A stretch of DNA of 64,000 nucleotides, taken from the NCBI GenBank assembly GCA_022072445.1, contig JAJVHV010000030.1, forward strand, positions 5,971 through 69,970, in the 5' to 3' direction. Position 1 is the stretch's first letter. Every line of letters starts with the position of its first letter. Under the pieces are notes generated by a model, which saw only the letters and a program-made list of their open reading frames with translations, was not told the DNA's origin and ran no database searches. The stretch is from Phycisphaerae bacterium (GTDB lineage Bacteria; Planctomycetota; Phycisphaerae; UBA1845; Fen-1342). Positions 1-10,451 of this stretch are shown in pieces. A program made the position numbers and the translations under genes.

Positions 1-175
1 CGACGTTTGGCGCGCCTGGCTGGCAGACAGCGCCGCCAGCCGGCCGTCAAAGCCGGGCGGCGAGTGAATGCCGCCGTCGCGCCGCGACGATAAAGTACGC
101 GGTGGACGCGCTATTCAGGCCGGCGCTGCCGTGGCGAGCGGTCGCCCAGGCGCCCGCCATCCAGACGGCGGCACG

Positions 176-2992
176 ATGCTCCCGATCAAGCTCCAGAATC
201 GTCAGAGTCAGAGCAAGCTGCTGGCGTTCATGACGGGCGCGTCGGCGACGGTGATCGTCGCGTGTCTGTACGCGGCGGGCTCGCTCGACTGGCTGGAGCT
301 GCGGTCGCTCGACCTGCGTTTTCGCCACACCAACTCGCTGCGGCCCGACCCGCGGATCGTCATCGTTGGCGTGTCCGACCGCGCGCTGGAGCTGATCGGC
401 CGCTGGCCCTGGTCGCGCGACCTTCAGGCCCGTCTGATCGACGTGCTCTGCGAAGCCGGCGCCAGCCAGGTGCTGGTCGACATCAACTGGATCGAGCACG
501 AGACGCGGCGCGACGAACTCCCGGCCGATCTCGACGTTGTCGCCGACCCGCGCGTGGCCGGCGCGCCGCCCGATGCCGCCCGCCGCCCCGATCTGGAACT
601 GCGCCAGGCGCTCCGCCGCGCCGGAAACGTCATCGTCGCCACCGTGTTCGGCTCAGGCACGGCGGCGAGTGCGTCGCCCGACGAGCTGGCCATCGTCGCC
701 TACCAGCGCCGTATTCGCGATTGGCTCTCGGCCCACCCGGAGAACCACGACGCGCCGCATCGCTGGTTCGGCCAGCTCTTCGCCGCGCTGACCGACGCGG
801 CCATCGAGGACGACACCAGCGCCAAGGCACGCATCGTCGAGGCGCTGCGGCGCGAGCTGGGGCTCGCCGCCACGCTGGCCCACGGCTTCCCATCCTCGCC
901 ACGACTTGCCGCCGCCGTGCGATCCGGTCGGCGCATCACCCCCGTCCATTTCCGCCTGGCTTCAGCGGCGGCGCACGCCGGTTTCGTCAACTGGGAGCCG
1001 GACGGCGACGGTGTCGTCCGCAGGCAGGTGCTGCTCGCGGAGCAGGACGGCGTCGTACTGCCGCAGCTCGCCCTGGCCGGAGCCATGGCCGCGCTTCAGC
1101 TGACCGCCGACGACCTCTCGGCCACTCCCGGCACACTGACCATCGCCCGGCAGCCGGCCGACGGCGGACCGTGCCACATCCAGATCGAGGAGCGCGCCGC
1201 GCGGCGCGGCGAGATGGTCATTCCCTGGATCGCCGGACAGCGCTGGGAGGACCAGTTCCGCCAGGTCAGCGCCGACGCCGCCTGGCAGGTCTGCGATCGC
1301 CGCCGCATGATCGCCGAGAACGCCCGTGTGATGCGCGACACGCGCGAGCGGACCCTCAGCGAGCTGATACCGAATTCCGACGAGTATGTCGTGCTGCTCG
1401 GCACCTACAAGGATGCTGAGAGCGCCGGGCAACAGACCCGGCTTGGCGACGACCTGGCGGCGACCCGCGCCGCGGAGACGCGTTGCGCCGCGCTGCTGGA
1501 GCAGATCGAGGCCTTCGAGGCCGCCGCCATCGCTCGGACGCGCGCCCGCCTGGCTGAGATCGACCCCATCCCCTACGCGCAGCGCGAGGCCGAAACCGAC
1601 ACGCTCGAGCATCTGCTGCGCGAACTGGAAAAAACCGGGCGCGCCGCCGCCGCAAATCGCGCGCTGGAGCTCGAAACGCGCGGCGTGCTGGAGCGGCTCC
1701 GCTCCGCGATCGACGGCGGAATCTGCCTCTTGGGGTACACCGCCACGGCAACCGCCGACATGGCCCCCACGCCGACGCATCCGCGTGCGCCTGGCGTGAT
1801 GGCGCATGCCAGCATTCTCAACGGCCTGCTCACCGGCCGGACGATCCGCTGGGCACCCGCCTTGGCGAACTTCGCCGCCACCCTCGTCCTCGGTCTGCTC
1901 ACTGCGCTGGTCGCCGGGGCCCGCCCGCTCCGCGACGGCGCCCTCACGGCCGTCACGCTCGCACTGCTCAGCGTTGGAGCCGCGGCGTGGCTCTTCTGGG
2001 CGCACGCCTACTGGCTGGCCGTCGTGCCAGCGCTGGCGGCGGTCGGACTCTCCTTCGTCACGATCTCGCTCTACCGCTACGCCTTCGCCGACCGCGAACG
2101 CCGCCAACTGGCCAACGCGCTCAGCCAGTACACCTCGCGGGCCATGGCCCGGCAGATGGCGCAGAACCCCGAGCTCTGTCGCCGGGCCGAAACACGCGAG
2201 GTCACGGCGATCTTCACCGACCTCCGCGGATTCACACCCCTCTCCGAACGCGTCGGGGCCGCCCGCACCCAGCAACTACTCAACATCTGCCTCGGCGAAC
2301 TCACCGCCGTCATGCTGCGGCACGAGGCCTTGGTGAACAAGTTCATCGGCGACGGCATCTTCGCCTTTTGGAATCCGGTCATCTATCCGCAAGCCGACCA
2401 CGCCCGCCGTGCCTGCGAGACGGCCCTGGACCTGCACACGGCACTCCGCGCCCTGATCGAACGGCAGGCCGCGATCGGCGGCGACGACGCCTTTGCTGAG
2501 CTGGAGCTGCGCGTCGGTGTCGCGACCGGCAGCGCCGTGGTCGGGCCGTGCGGCTCGGAGCAGAAGTACGACTACACGTGCATCGGCGACTCGGTGAACG
2601 TCGCCTCGCGACTCGAATCCGCCAACAAATTTTTCGGAACTCGCTGCCTGGTGAGTTCCGAGACGCGCGCCGCGGCCGGTCCGGGCCTGGTCTACCGCCG
2701 GCTCGGTGTCGTGCAGGTGCGCGGCAAACGTCAGCCGATCGAAGCGCTCGAACTGGTCGGCCGCGACGGGCGATTGCCCGCCGCGGAGCTGGCGTACGCC
2801 GCGGCGTTTAGTGCCGCGGTTGACGCGTTCTGCGCCGGCCGCTGGGCCGATGCCGCCGCGGGCTTCGAGAGCTGCCGGGCGCTGCGTGCCGCGGACGGCC
2901 TGGCGCGCTATTACTCGCTGCGCGCCAAGGCGCTGCTCGCCAGCCCCCCGGCCGATGGTTGGACGCCGATCATCGAGCTGAATGAAAAGTAG
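176..2992 (+). CDS. CHASE2 sensor domain-containing adenylate/guanylate cyclase (class III)
   Basis: N-terminal TM plus CHASE2-like extracytoplasmic region, second TM block, C-terminal cyclase motifs FTDLRGFT...KFIGDGIFAFWN...CIGDSVNVASRLES. Start placed at ATG 176 (MLPIKLQ), just before the first TM; ORF opens at 68. Confidence 0.85.
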   Translation: MLPIKLQNRQSQSKLLAFMTGASATVIVACLYAAGSLDWLELRSLDLRFRHTNSLRPDPRIVIVGVSDRALELIGRWPWSRDLQARLIDVLCEAGASQVLVDINWIEHETRRDELPADLDVVADPRVAGAPPDAARRPDLELRQALRRAGNVIVATVFGSGTAASASPDELAIVAYQRRIRDWLSAHPENHDAPHRWFGQLFAALTDAAIEDDTSAKARIVEALRRELGLAATLAHGFPSSPRLAAAVRSGRRITPVHFRLASAAAHAGFVNWEPDGDGVVRRQVLLAEQDGVVLPQLALAGAMAALQLTADDLSATPGTLTIARQPADGGPCHIQIEERAARRGEMVIPWIAGQRWEDQFRQVSADAAWQVCDRRRMIAENARVMRDTRERTLSELIPNSDEYVVLLGTYKDAESAGQQTRLGDDLAATRAAETRCAALLEQIEAFEAAAIARTRARLAEIDPIPYAQREAETDTLEHLLRELEKTGRAAAANRALELETRGVLERLRSAIDGGICLLGYTATATADMAPTPTHPRAPGVMAHASILNGLLTGRTIRWAPALANFAATLVLGLLTALVAGARPLRDGALTAVTLALLSVGAAAWLFWAHAYWLAVVPALAAVGLSFVTISLYRYAFADRERRQLANALSQYTSRAMARQMAQNPELCRRAETREVTAIFTDLRGFTPLSERVGAARTQQLLNICLGELTAVMLRHEALVNKFIGDGIFAFWNPVIYPQADHARRACETALDLHTALRALIERQAAIGGDDAFAELELRVGVATGSAVVGPCGSEQKYDYTCIGDSVNVASRLESANKFFGTRCLVSSETRAAAGPGLVYRRLGVVQVRGKRQPIEALELVGRDGRLPAAELAYAAAFSAAVDAFCAGRWADAAAGFESCRALRAADGLARYYSLRAKALLASPPADGWTPIIELNEK

Positions 2993-3067
2993 CGGCGCAT
3001 CGGCGCGCCGCTACGTGCGAGCTCGTCTTGCTCTATCGGACCGCGGTCGATCGCGCGGGCTGCCGGA

Positions 3068-3508
3068 TCAGCAGCCGCCGCCGGTCAAGGCGTCGACGAA
3101 CGGCTCCACGTCGAATCCGTTGACCGAACCGTCGTCATTGGCGTCGCCCGCGCACGGCGCGCAAGGCGTGCCGGAGCCGGTCAGCAGCCCGACAAAAGGC
3201 TCAACGTCAAACCCATTCACCGAGCCGTCGCAGTTCGCGTCGCACGGGACGAACCCGGCGCACGGGTCGCCGGCGACGGCGCCGTTCCAGAAACCGCCGA
3301 CCAGTTCAAACGTCCCGCCCGTCATCGGTGCCGCCGGCGAGTTGGCGTCGGGCTGGCCGATCGTTCCGGAAAGGACGAACGTGCCCCCCGAACTCGTCCC
3401 GCCGCCGCCGTCGATGGTGTACCAATTGATGTCGTAAGTCTGTGAGCTGGCAGTGGATACGGTCGTGATCAGCGCCGCGATCGCGGCAGCGCGCAATTTC
3501 CGCGTCAT
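3068..3508 (-). CDS. small secreted protein with two C-terminal dockerin-like (EF-hand-like) repeats
   Basis: Signal peptide MTRKLRAAAIAALITTVSTASS, then repeats DANCDGSVNGFDVEPFVGLL and DANDDGSVNGFDVEPFVDAL. Confidence 0.55.
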   Translation of the reverse strand: MTRKLRAAAIAALITTVSTASSQTYDINWYTIDGGGGTSSGGTFVLSGTIGQPDANSPAAPMTGGTFELVGGFWNGAVAGDPCAGFVPCDANCDGSVNGFDVEPFVGLLTGSGTPCAPCAGDANDDGSVNGFDVEPFVDALTGGGC

Positions 3509-3778
3509 GCGAATCTCCAGTGGCACTCCGCTAGTGTAGCGAATCGGCGCGACGAACTGCAACCGTCGCCCTTGGCCCGAGGCCGCTGTGCCATAAACGG
3601 CTCTCTATCTGATAAACGCAAAAACCGGCCAGCATCTGACATCTTTTTGTCGCGTTGCCCACGCGCGCCGATCTCAAACGCCCGGGCCCATCACCACAGG
3701 AGCACCGCGTAGGCCCGGCACAGCGTCCACCTCGGATCATAAGTGCTAGTATATTCAGATGTTATGCCAGTTACCGAA

Positions 3779-6250
3779 TCACGGTGCCGGTCGCTCGCCC
3801 GCCATCTTCACGCCCGCGTCGAGCGGCCGCAAATAGAGCCCATACGCACCGCCCACGTTCGTCACCTTCACCAGCACCCGGTTCCAGCCCGCACGCAGCG
3901 GCGCCCGGAAGATCGCCTGAAGCGGGACGGCGGCATGCGGGCCGGCGTCTTCATGCACCACAGCGTCGTTCACCCAGATGCGGCAGCCGTCGTCGCAGCC
4001 CACGGCCATCCGGATCGTACGCTCGTCGGGCGACTGAATGAAACACTGTGCATACGCCGCCGCGTTCTCGCCGGCCTTCTTCTCCGGATTGATCGCACGC
4101 AGGTCGAGATATCCGCTGCGCCCCGCTTTGAGCGGCTTCCAGCCGACCTTCGTGCCATCCTTGCCGGCATACTCGGCCGCCGGGTCGTCGCCGGTCTCCG
4201 GGCTGGTCGCTCCGGGCGCCGGCGTGAGCGGGAAGTAGCCGGCCACGCGCCAGTCGCGGACGTATTCGCCCGGCAGCAGCGCCTCGATTTCGTCGCGATA
4301 CCTCGACACCAACTTCGCGCCCGCCGCGTCCACAAACGCCAGCACGCGATCGACACTGCCCTGCGGCGCGCTCGCCGCCATCGCGTGCAGAAGCGCCACC
4401 TGAAACGCCGGGTCGCCGGTCGCGGACGCAAGCGTGGCTTCCAGATCGGCGAGCAGCGCGGCATCCTTCAACTGCTCGCAGGCCCGCGCCGCGGCCAGCC
4501 GCACGCTGCGCTGCTCGTCGGCCAGCGCCGCCCGCGCCAGCCCCGCCGCCGACGGGTGCTTCCGCTCCGCCGCCGCGTAAATCAGCATGGCCCGCTCGGC
4601 GGGGCGCCAGTCGTGGAATGAATCGGGCGTTAGCGCGTCGGGTTTCCGCTGCACCAGCGCCAGCGCCTGGTCCGCGACCGAGGTGACCGTGCCATCGCCA
4701 TCCGCGTCGATCCAGACCGGATTAGCGATCGCGATCGGCCGCGCCGGGCGGTCCTGATCGTGCACAATCGGCGCCAGCGATTCGTCACCCTCGACCAGCA
4801 CCGCCAGCCACGCGTCTCGCCCCACTTCCAGCTCGCGCTTGGCCGCGAAGCGCCGAACGTCGCGCGACTGCGGCACCGCGATCGTCTCGATCACGTCGCC
4901 GTTCATGACGATCTTCACGCGGTCGCAGTCGATCCACGAGGCGGCCTGCACCTTGATGCTGAGCGTCACCTTGCCGAACATCGCCGCGATCTGCGCGCCC
5001 ATCGGCTCGCCGTTCGCCCAGTACTCGACGAACGGACCCGTGCTCGCAAAGCTCTGCTGGTGTCGCAGCGCCGTCGCCACGTCGGCCGGCTGGATCGCCG
5101 CCGGATCGTCGGTCGGACTGCGCACGAAGTTGCGCGGCCAGGCCGGCAGCGCCGAGTGCACGTTGTGGCTGTCCGAATTCCCCACCGCCGTGTAGCGCTC
5201 CCCGCGGTTCAGCAGGTTGAACCAGTCGCGCGTCACCGAGTACTTGGCGTCGCCGACCGAAAAGGCCTGCGGCAGGTCGGCGTCTTCATAGCCCCAGCCG
5301 ACGTTTTCATTCATGACTTCGATCGTGTCGAAATCCGCCGAGTAGTTCTCGCTGCGCGGCAACCCGGTCACCGGGTCCAGTCGGGCGCGGCCGAAATAAT
5401 CGATGTTGCCCCAGCGCGGGTGATTGAGCTGAATCACCGGCCGCACGCCAAACTTGTTCGGCTCCTCGCGAATGAGCTTGAAAAGCTGGTTGGCGTTGTA
5501 ACTCATCGGCGGCGGCACGGCCCGCTCCGGATCGAGCGGAAACGCGTTGAAGTGCCCGACCGGCGTCGAGACCTCGTTTCCGACCACGGTCGTCACCTGC
5601 CCCTGCTGCCCCAGCTCGCGCAGCGTCGGCTCGTAGTCGATGTTGTGGTTGTGATCGGTCGCGACGGCGAATTCGAGCCCCTCGCCGATGAACGAGATCA
5701 CGCGCTCCTTCATGTTCGCGTCGCCGTGGCCCGAGTGCGTCAGCGTGTGCAGGTGAAAATCGCCGCTGATCCAGCCGGCCGTGTCCACCTCGTGCCACAG
5801 TTCGGCGTTGAATTCGGCCGTCTCGCCCGCGCGAATCTCGATGGGCTGCTCGACGATCGACCACTCCATGCCGCGCGAGGCATAGGCCTTGTACGTGCCG
5901 ACGGGCACGGTTACTAGCGCTTCGCCCGTCAGCGAATAAATGATGTTGTTGCGGATCGCCAGTTCATTCGGCGCCACCTGGGTGTTGGGGAACAGCTTCG
6001 CGCTGGGCCCCTTCTCGCCCAGCAGCGTCAGCCGCGAGGCGAGCGGCTTGCCTTTGGGGTCGGTGATCTTGAACTTCAGAATGCCGCTTGGCGCATCCGC
6101 AGCCGCCGTCGCCAGCGGCGTCTGCGCCCGCGCCGAAGGACTGGCGAACAGGATAGCGGCCGCGACGGGAACGGCGGCCAGCACAGCGTGAAACGCCGCG
6201 GGCAGCAGGGCGGTCAGCGCGGCGTGCCGTGCAGACGTTCGAGCGAGCAT
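3779..6250 (-). CDS. secreted metal-dependent hydrolase (PHP / CehA-McbA-like) with HEAT-like repeats and C-terminal beta-sandwich domain
   Basis: Signal peptide from ATG at 6250 (MLARTSARHAALTALL...), His-rich metal motif GDFHLHTLTHSGHGD...ATDHNH, helical repeat region, C-terminal PA14/CBM-like segment. Confidence 0.7.
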   Translation of the reverse strand: MLARTSARHAALTALLPAAFHAVLAAVPVAAAILFASPSARAQTPLATAAADAPSGILKFKITDPKGKPLASRLTLLGEKGPSAKLFPNTQVAPNELAIRNNIIYSLTGEALVTVPVGTYKAYASRGMEWSIVEQPIEIRAGETAEFNAELWHEVDTAGWISGDFHLHTLTHSGHGDANMKERVISFIGEGLEFAVATDHNHNIDYEPTLRELGQQGQVTTVVGNEVSTPVGHFNAFPLDPERAVPPPMSYNANQLFKLIREEPNKFGVRPVIQLNHPRWGNIDYFGRARLDPVTGLPRSENYSADFDTIEVMNENVGWGYEDADLPQAFSVGDAKYSVTRDWFNLLNRGERYTAVGNSDSHNVHSALPAWPRNFVRSPTDDPAAIQPADVATALRHQQSFASTGPFVEYWANGEPMGAQIAAMFGKVTLSIKVQAASWIDCDRVKIVMNGDVIETIAVPQSRDVRRFAAKRELEVGRDAWLAVLVEGDESLAPIVHDQDRPARPIAIANPVWIDADGDGTVTSVADQALALVQRKPDALTPDSFHDWRPAERAMLIYAAAERKHPSAAGLARAALADEQRSVRLAAARACEQLKDAALLADLEATLASATGDPAFQVALLHAMAASAPQGSVDRVLAFVDAAGAKLVSRYRDEIEALLPGEYVRDWRVAGYFPLTPAPGATSPETGDDPAAEYAGKDGTKVGWKPLKAGRSGYLDLRAINPEKKAGENAAAYAQCFIQSPDERTIRMAVGCDDGCRIWVNDAVVHEDAGPHAAVPLQAIFRAPLRAGWNRVLVKVTNVGGAYGLYLRPLDAGVKMAGERPAP

Positions 6251-6490
6251 GACGGTACTCCTTTCCGCGAAAACGCCGCGGCGGCGGACGGGCGGCGGGC
6301 AGCGGGGGACCCAACCAAAGTCAGTCGAGGCCCGACCTCGATAGAATCCTCTCCTCAGTTCCGGCGGCAGAGCCACGGAATCGCCCCGGCCCGGTTCGCA
6401 GCGATCATATCGCGCGCCGCCGCAGGTCGGACAGGCTTTGGCAGCCAAACTTGCGCAATCTTGATCGAATGTGGATCGTCCCGTTCCGCC

Positions 6491-6527
6491 CCAAAACGAG
6501 CGGCGGCGGGACGTATCCCGCCGCCGC
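6491..6527 (-). terminator. intrinsic terminator downstream of the large lipoprotein gene
   Basis: On the minus strand GCGGCGGCGGGA-tacg-TCCCGCCGCCGC followed by TCGTTTT, just 3' of the gene ending at 6603. Confidence 0.55.
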
Positions 6528-6602
6528 GTGGCTTTCACTCAGTTCCAGGCCGTCCGAGCCGGCCCGGCGATCGCCAGTCCCGGCCGAACGGCGTTGGCGT
6601 CG

Positions 6603-9359
6603 CTAGTGTGCGACCGCTCCAATCCCATCGACGATGAGCTGGAGCGGATCGCCGATCGGCAACACGAACAGGTCGGCGTTGACCAGCTCGTTGCGCAGCG
6701 GCAGCGGGCCGGGGCCGTCGAAGTCGATCGGCGCCTCGACGTTGTGGATGCTGCCGAACACCAGGTTCAGCAGCGCCAGCGACATGAACGGGTTGACGCG
6801 CGTCGCGCCGTTCAGCGCGTTGGCACCGTTGAAGAACTCCGGCGGTGCGAAGGCGGCCAGCAGGTTGACCGTCACGTTGGGCCGGCCGAAACGGAACGCG
6901 TTCAGGCGCGGCTTGAGGTTGCGGGCCACCAGCGCGACGCCGTTCAGCAGCTTCGGCGTGCTCGCCTGCCAGTCGATGTCCTGTGGTGCCGGGAAGCCGT
7001 TGTTGTCGGCGCGGCGGTAGTAGCGTTCGACGAACGTGGAGCGCCAATCGGCCGGGTTGTGCAGGAATTCGCGGAAGTCGAAGACCGGCTCGCCGGCATC
7101 CTGGACGTTGTTGTTATTGAAATCATCGTAGTACGGCGCGCCGTCCGCATCGTAGCCCGGGTTGGCGACGTGCGTGCCGAAGAAGTGCGTCGAGGTCTCG
7201 GGCGCCAGCGTGATGCCCAGAATGGCGGTCGGCGAGATCAGGACGTTGGTCGTCTCGTCGCCTGGCGTAAGCTGCAGCGGGGCGCCGTTGGGGCTGATGA
7301 GCTGGAAGAATCCGGTGCTGTTCGAATCGGGCAGGAACATCACAAAGTACGTGCCCTCGGGGTTGTACGTCGCCACACCCTCGACAAAGTCAACCTGCAC
7401 CGGTTCGCCGTCCGGGCCGAACTGATCCATCAGCACAAAGGCGCTGAAGTTCGGCGGGTTGGTCTCCGGATCGGCCGGCTGGCTGGGATCGAAGTCGGGG
7501 TTCTGAATCCGCAACGCGGGTGCGCCCGGATAGCCCGTGAACGTCTGGGAGAACGCGTCGCCAAACGCCTCGCCATTGACCGTCTCGAACACGGATCCGT
7601 CCATGACGTCGACGATCTGGCGAATACCCTTGCGATTGTGCAGCGGCCGGCCATTGCGACGATCGATGAACTCGACGGCCTGCCCACCCGGCGTCGGGTT
7701 GGCAAATCCGAGGAAGTAGCCGCCGGTGCCGTTACTAATGAAGCGGGCGCTGCTGACGCTGCCGTTGCTGTCCTGAATGATGTCGACGGTGACCGGCGCG
7801 GCGTTGGGGTTCTGGAAGCCGTCCTCGGTGGCCAGGGCGAAAACCTGCGCGGGACCGGAGCGGCTGAACGGCAAATGCGCACGCTGCGCGCGGATGAAGC
7901 GCGCGAACTCGTCCAGGCTGGGAACGCGATCCAGCAGGATACCGGCGTAGATCTCGTCGAACGACGGCTCGGCAGTCGGCGCGAGGAAGTCAATCATCAG
8001 CTTGCGCACGTCGGCCTTGTGCTGCTCGAAGTTGCCGTCGAAGTTAAACATGCCCAGCATCTGAATCTGCTCGTGCAGCAGACCCAGGTTGACCTCGACC
8101 GGGTTGCCGTCGATGCCCAGGAACACCTCGCTGGGCGGTTCGCCCGGGCCATTCGGCCGGACGAACATATAGCGCGCCCCCATGCCGTACTCGAGGTTCA
8201 CGACGATCGCGTGCAGCCCCGACAGGTCGATCGTCTTGCCGTCGAGGAAGAGCTGCGCGAGCTGCGTCAGGATGTGCTCGGAGAAAATCGGCCCGCGGCC
8301 CGGACCGCCGCTCAGATCCTCTTCCGGGAAATTGCGGTCAAACTCGCTGATCGTGGAGTAGTAGAGATCTGGACCCGTAACCGGCACACCCTGTGCCGCG
8401 TCGTCGCCGTGCTCAAAGTGAAAATCCTGGAACGCGACCTTCTGCACCGCCGGCAGCGAACCCAGGAACGAGAGGTCGATGCCGCCCGCGTCGTCGGCGA
8501 TCACGAACCCGCCGCGCAGCATGATCTGCGCCGCGGCCACGACCACGTCGTCAACCGTGTCGGCCTGCGAAAGCTGCACGTTCGCCGCCGCCATGTCCAT
8601 CGCGCGTCGGGCGGCGTCGGGAATAACCGTGTCGAAGAGCGAAGCGAGCACGTCGTCGGCCAGACCCAGCAGCTCGTCGATCGTGATCTCCTCATCTACG
8701 CCCGAATCGCTGAAGAGATTCTCGAACGCGTCGCGGATGCGCGCGACCAGGCCAGAAAGGCTCAGCTCGAATTCGCGCGGGTCGAGGCCGACCGAGACGA
8801 GCATCGCGCGAATCTTGGCGTGAATCAGCGTGCTCAGCGGGTCGACCACGACGCCCGTCAGCGCACCGTCGGTCGAGTTCTCAGTCGCTGGAATGTTGAC
8901 GATCGTCTTCAGGTCGGCGTCCCCGTCGCCGTCAAAGTCCACGTTCAGCACGATGTCCACACCGACCGGCAGTCCGGAAACGCTGAACGACCCGTCGGTT
9001 GCGATACTGAAGCTGGGATACGGCTCGCCGTTGGCGTCGAGCAGCGCGTCGCCATTGAGATCGGTGAACCACCCGGTGGCGTTCGTTGCGATCGCGCGGG
9101 AACGGAGCTTTCGCGCGGACGGGGAATCGCCGGCGTCGCTGGTGGTGGAAACGGAGTCCACGTTACCGCTCACGGAGCCGCCAAAACTCAGCGCCGTTGA
9201 CGAAACGTCGCCCGCCGCCCCGTCGGTCGAGCCACCCGTGCCGTCCGTCGTGCCGCCCGTGCCGTCGTCATCGCCGTCGTTGTTCCCCTGCTGCGGGCAG
9301 CCGGCAAGCAGCAGGCAGACCGCGAGGGGGGTGATTGCGTGAAGCCACCATCTGGTCAT
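6603..9359 (-). CDS. large secreted lipoprotein of unknown function
   Basis: ATG at 9359 gives MTRWWLHAITPLAVCLLLAGC (lipobox), then a Gly/Asp/Thr-rich linker; 918 aa ORF with no recognisable catalytic motif. Confidence 0.7.
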   Translation of the reverse strand: MTRWWLHAITPLAVCLLLAGCPQQGNNDGDDDGTGGTTDGTGGSTDGAAGDVSSTALSFGGSVSGNVDSVSTTSDAGDSPSARKLRSRAIATNATGWFTDLNGDALLDANGEPYPSFSIATDGSFSVSGLPVGVDIVLNVDFDGDGDADLKTIVNIPATENSTDGALTGVVVDPLSTLIHAKIRAMLVSVGLDPREFELSLSGLVARIRDAFENLFSDSGVDEEITIDELLGLADDVLASLFDTVIPDAARRAMDMAAANVQLSQADTVDDVVVAAAQIMLRGGFVIADDAGGIDLSFLGSLPAVQKVAFQDFHFEHGDDAAQGVPVTGPDLYYSTISEFDRNFPEEDLSGGPGRGPIFSEHILTQLAQLFLDGKTIDLSGLHAIVVNLEYGMGARYMFVRPNGPGEPPSEVFLGIDGNPVEVNLGLLHEQIQMLGMFNFDGNFEQHKADVRKLMIDFLAPTAEPSFDEIYAGILLDRVPSLDEFARFIRAQRAHLPFSRSGPAQVFALATEDGFQNPNAAPVTVDIIQDSNGSVSSARFISNGTGGYFLGFANPTPGGQAVEFIDRRNGRPLHNRKGIRQIVDVMDGSVFETVNGEAFGDAFSQTFTGYPGAPALRIQNPDFDPSQPADPETNPPNFSAFVLMDQFGPDGEPVQVDFVEGVATYNPEGTYFVMFLPDSNSTGFFQLISPNGAPLQLTPGDETTNVLISPTAILGITLAPETSTHFFGTHVANPGYDADGAPYYDDFNNNNVQDAGEPVFDFREFLHNPADWRSTFVERYYRRADNNGFPAPQDIDWQASTPKLLNGVALVARNLKPRLNAFRFGRPNVTVNLLAAFAPPEFFNGANALNGATRVNPFMSLALLNLVFGSIHNVEAPIDFDGPGPLPLRNELVNADLFVLPIGDPLQLIVDGIGAVAH

Positions 9360-9653
9360 TGTTCCACGTCTCCTGAAGTGCCCGAAAGGTGCCGCGCAAC
9401 CTTTGCGCTGCACTGGCGGGGAACTTGACCCCGCGTCGAACACTTTGTCGTGACGCGCCCGCGAGAACTTGAAAACCGCTCGGAAATGGCGCGATTCTGC
9501 GCCCGGAACGGTTGAGCAGACCGACGCCGATCGGCATAATCGAGCGCTAGCGGGCGCCCGCGGGCCGGTGCGGGCCCGCGGCGGCGGCTGGAGTTCCGGC
9601 AAGGGCGCGCAGCGGCGCGCCGACACACGTCACCCTCTGCTCGAGAGTCTGTC

Positions 9654-10451
9654 ATGGCCAAGAAAAAGGCGGCACGGAAAGTGAAGAAGGCGAAGAAAGC
9701 CAAGAAGGGACTCAAGAAAGTCGCGATCGCCAAGGCGAAAAAATCCGCCCGAAAGCGCGCAGCGCGGCCGAAGGCGACCCGAAGCTCCAGGCCCGCCACC
9801 GCCCGCAAGAGCGCCGGCCGCACCGTCAAGAAAGCCGCCGCGACGCGCGCCCCGGCGGCCGGCCGAGCCGCCAGCACGCGCGTCGTGAAGTCCGCCAGCG
9901 CGGCCGAAACACGCGTCGCCGCCCGTGCGCCCGTTCCCCCGAAGATCGCGCCGCTGACACCCGCGGTCGGCGAGCCCGCGCCCGACTTCGCGCTGCAGGA
10001 CGAGCGCGGCAACACGCGCACGCTCAGTGCCTATCGCGGCCGCACGCTGGTGCTCTATTTCTATCCCAAGGACGACACGCCCGGCTGCACGCTTGAAGCC
10101 TGCGCGTTTCGCGATGCGTCCTCCGAGTTCGACGCTCTGGCCGCCGCCATCGTCGGCGTCTCGCCCGACACGTCGGAGAGTCATGCGGCTTTCGCGCAGA
10201 AGTTCAGCCTGCCGTTCACGCTGCTGGCCGATCCCGACCATCGCGTCTGCGAGAAATACGGCGTGTGGCGCGAGAAGAATCTCTACGGCGAGACGCGGAT
10301 GGGCGTGGTGCGGACGACGTTCGTCATCGACGAGAACGGCCGCGTCGCGCAGGTCTTCGAGGGCGTCCGGCCCGACGGGCACGACCGTGAAGTGCTGACC
10401 TGGCTGCGCTCGCGCCAGCCCGCGCCCAGCATCGCCCCGAGCGGGTATTGA
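9654..10451 (+). CDS. bcp: peroxiredoxin Bcp/PrxQ fused to an N-terminal Lys/Ala-rich histone H1-like extension
   Basis: C-terminal 150 aa carry Bcp motifs (LVLYFYPKDDTPGCT...FSLPFTLLADPD). The N-terminal ~105 aa are KAKK/AKKA repeats; Lys codons are rare in this GC-rich DNA, which argues the extension is genuinely coding. Confidence 0.8.
   Translation: MAKKKAARKVKKAKKAKKGLKKVAIAKAKKSARKRAARPKATRSSRPATARKSAGRTVKKAAATRAPAAGRAASTRVVKSASAAETRVAARAPVPPKIAPLTPAVGEPAPDFALQDERGNTRTLSAYRGRTLVLYFYPKDDTPGCTLEACAFRDASSEFDALAAAIVGVSPDTSESHAAFAQKFSLPFTLLADPDHRVCEKYGVWREKNLYGETRMGVVRTTFVIDENGRVAQVFEGVRPDGHDREVLTWLRSRQPAPSIAPSGY

Noticed and set aside
962-2275. 437-aa minus-strand ORF antisense to the adenylate cyclase gene
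   Set aside because: Low-complexity Arg/Gly-rich product, fully overlapped by a motif-supported gene on the other strand.
6471-9200. 909-aa plus-strand ORF antisense to the large lipoprotein gene
   Set aside because: No start context, Arg/Val/Gly-rich. The signal-peptide-bearing minus-strand frame is the real gene.
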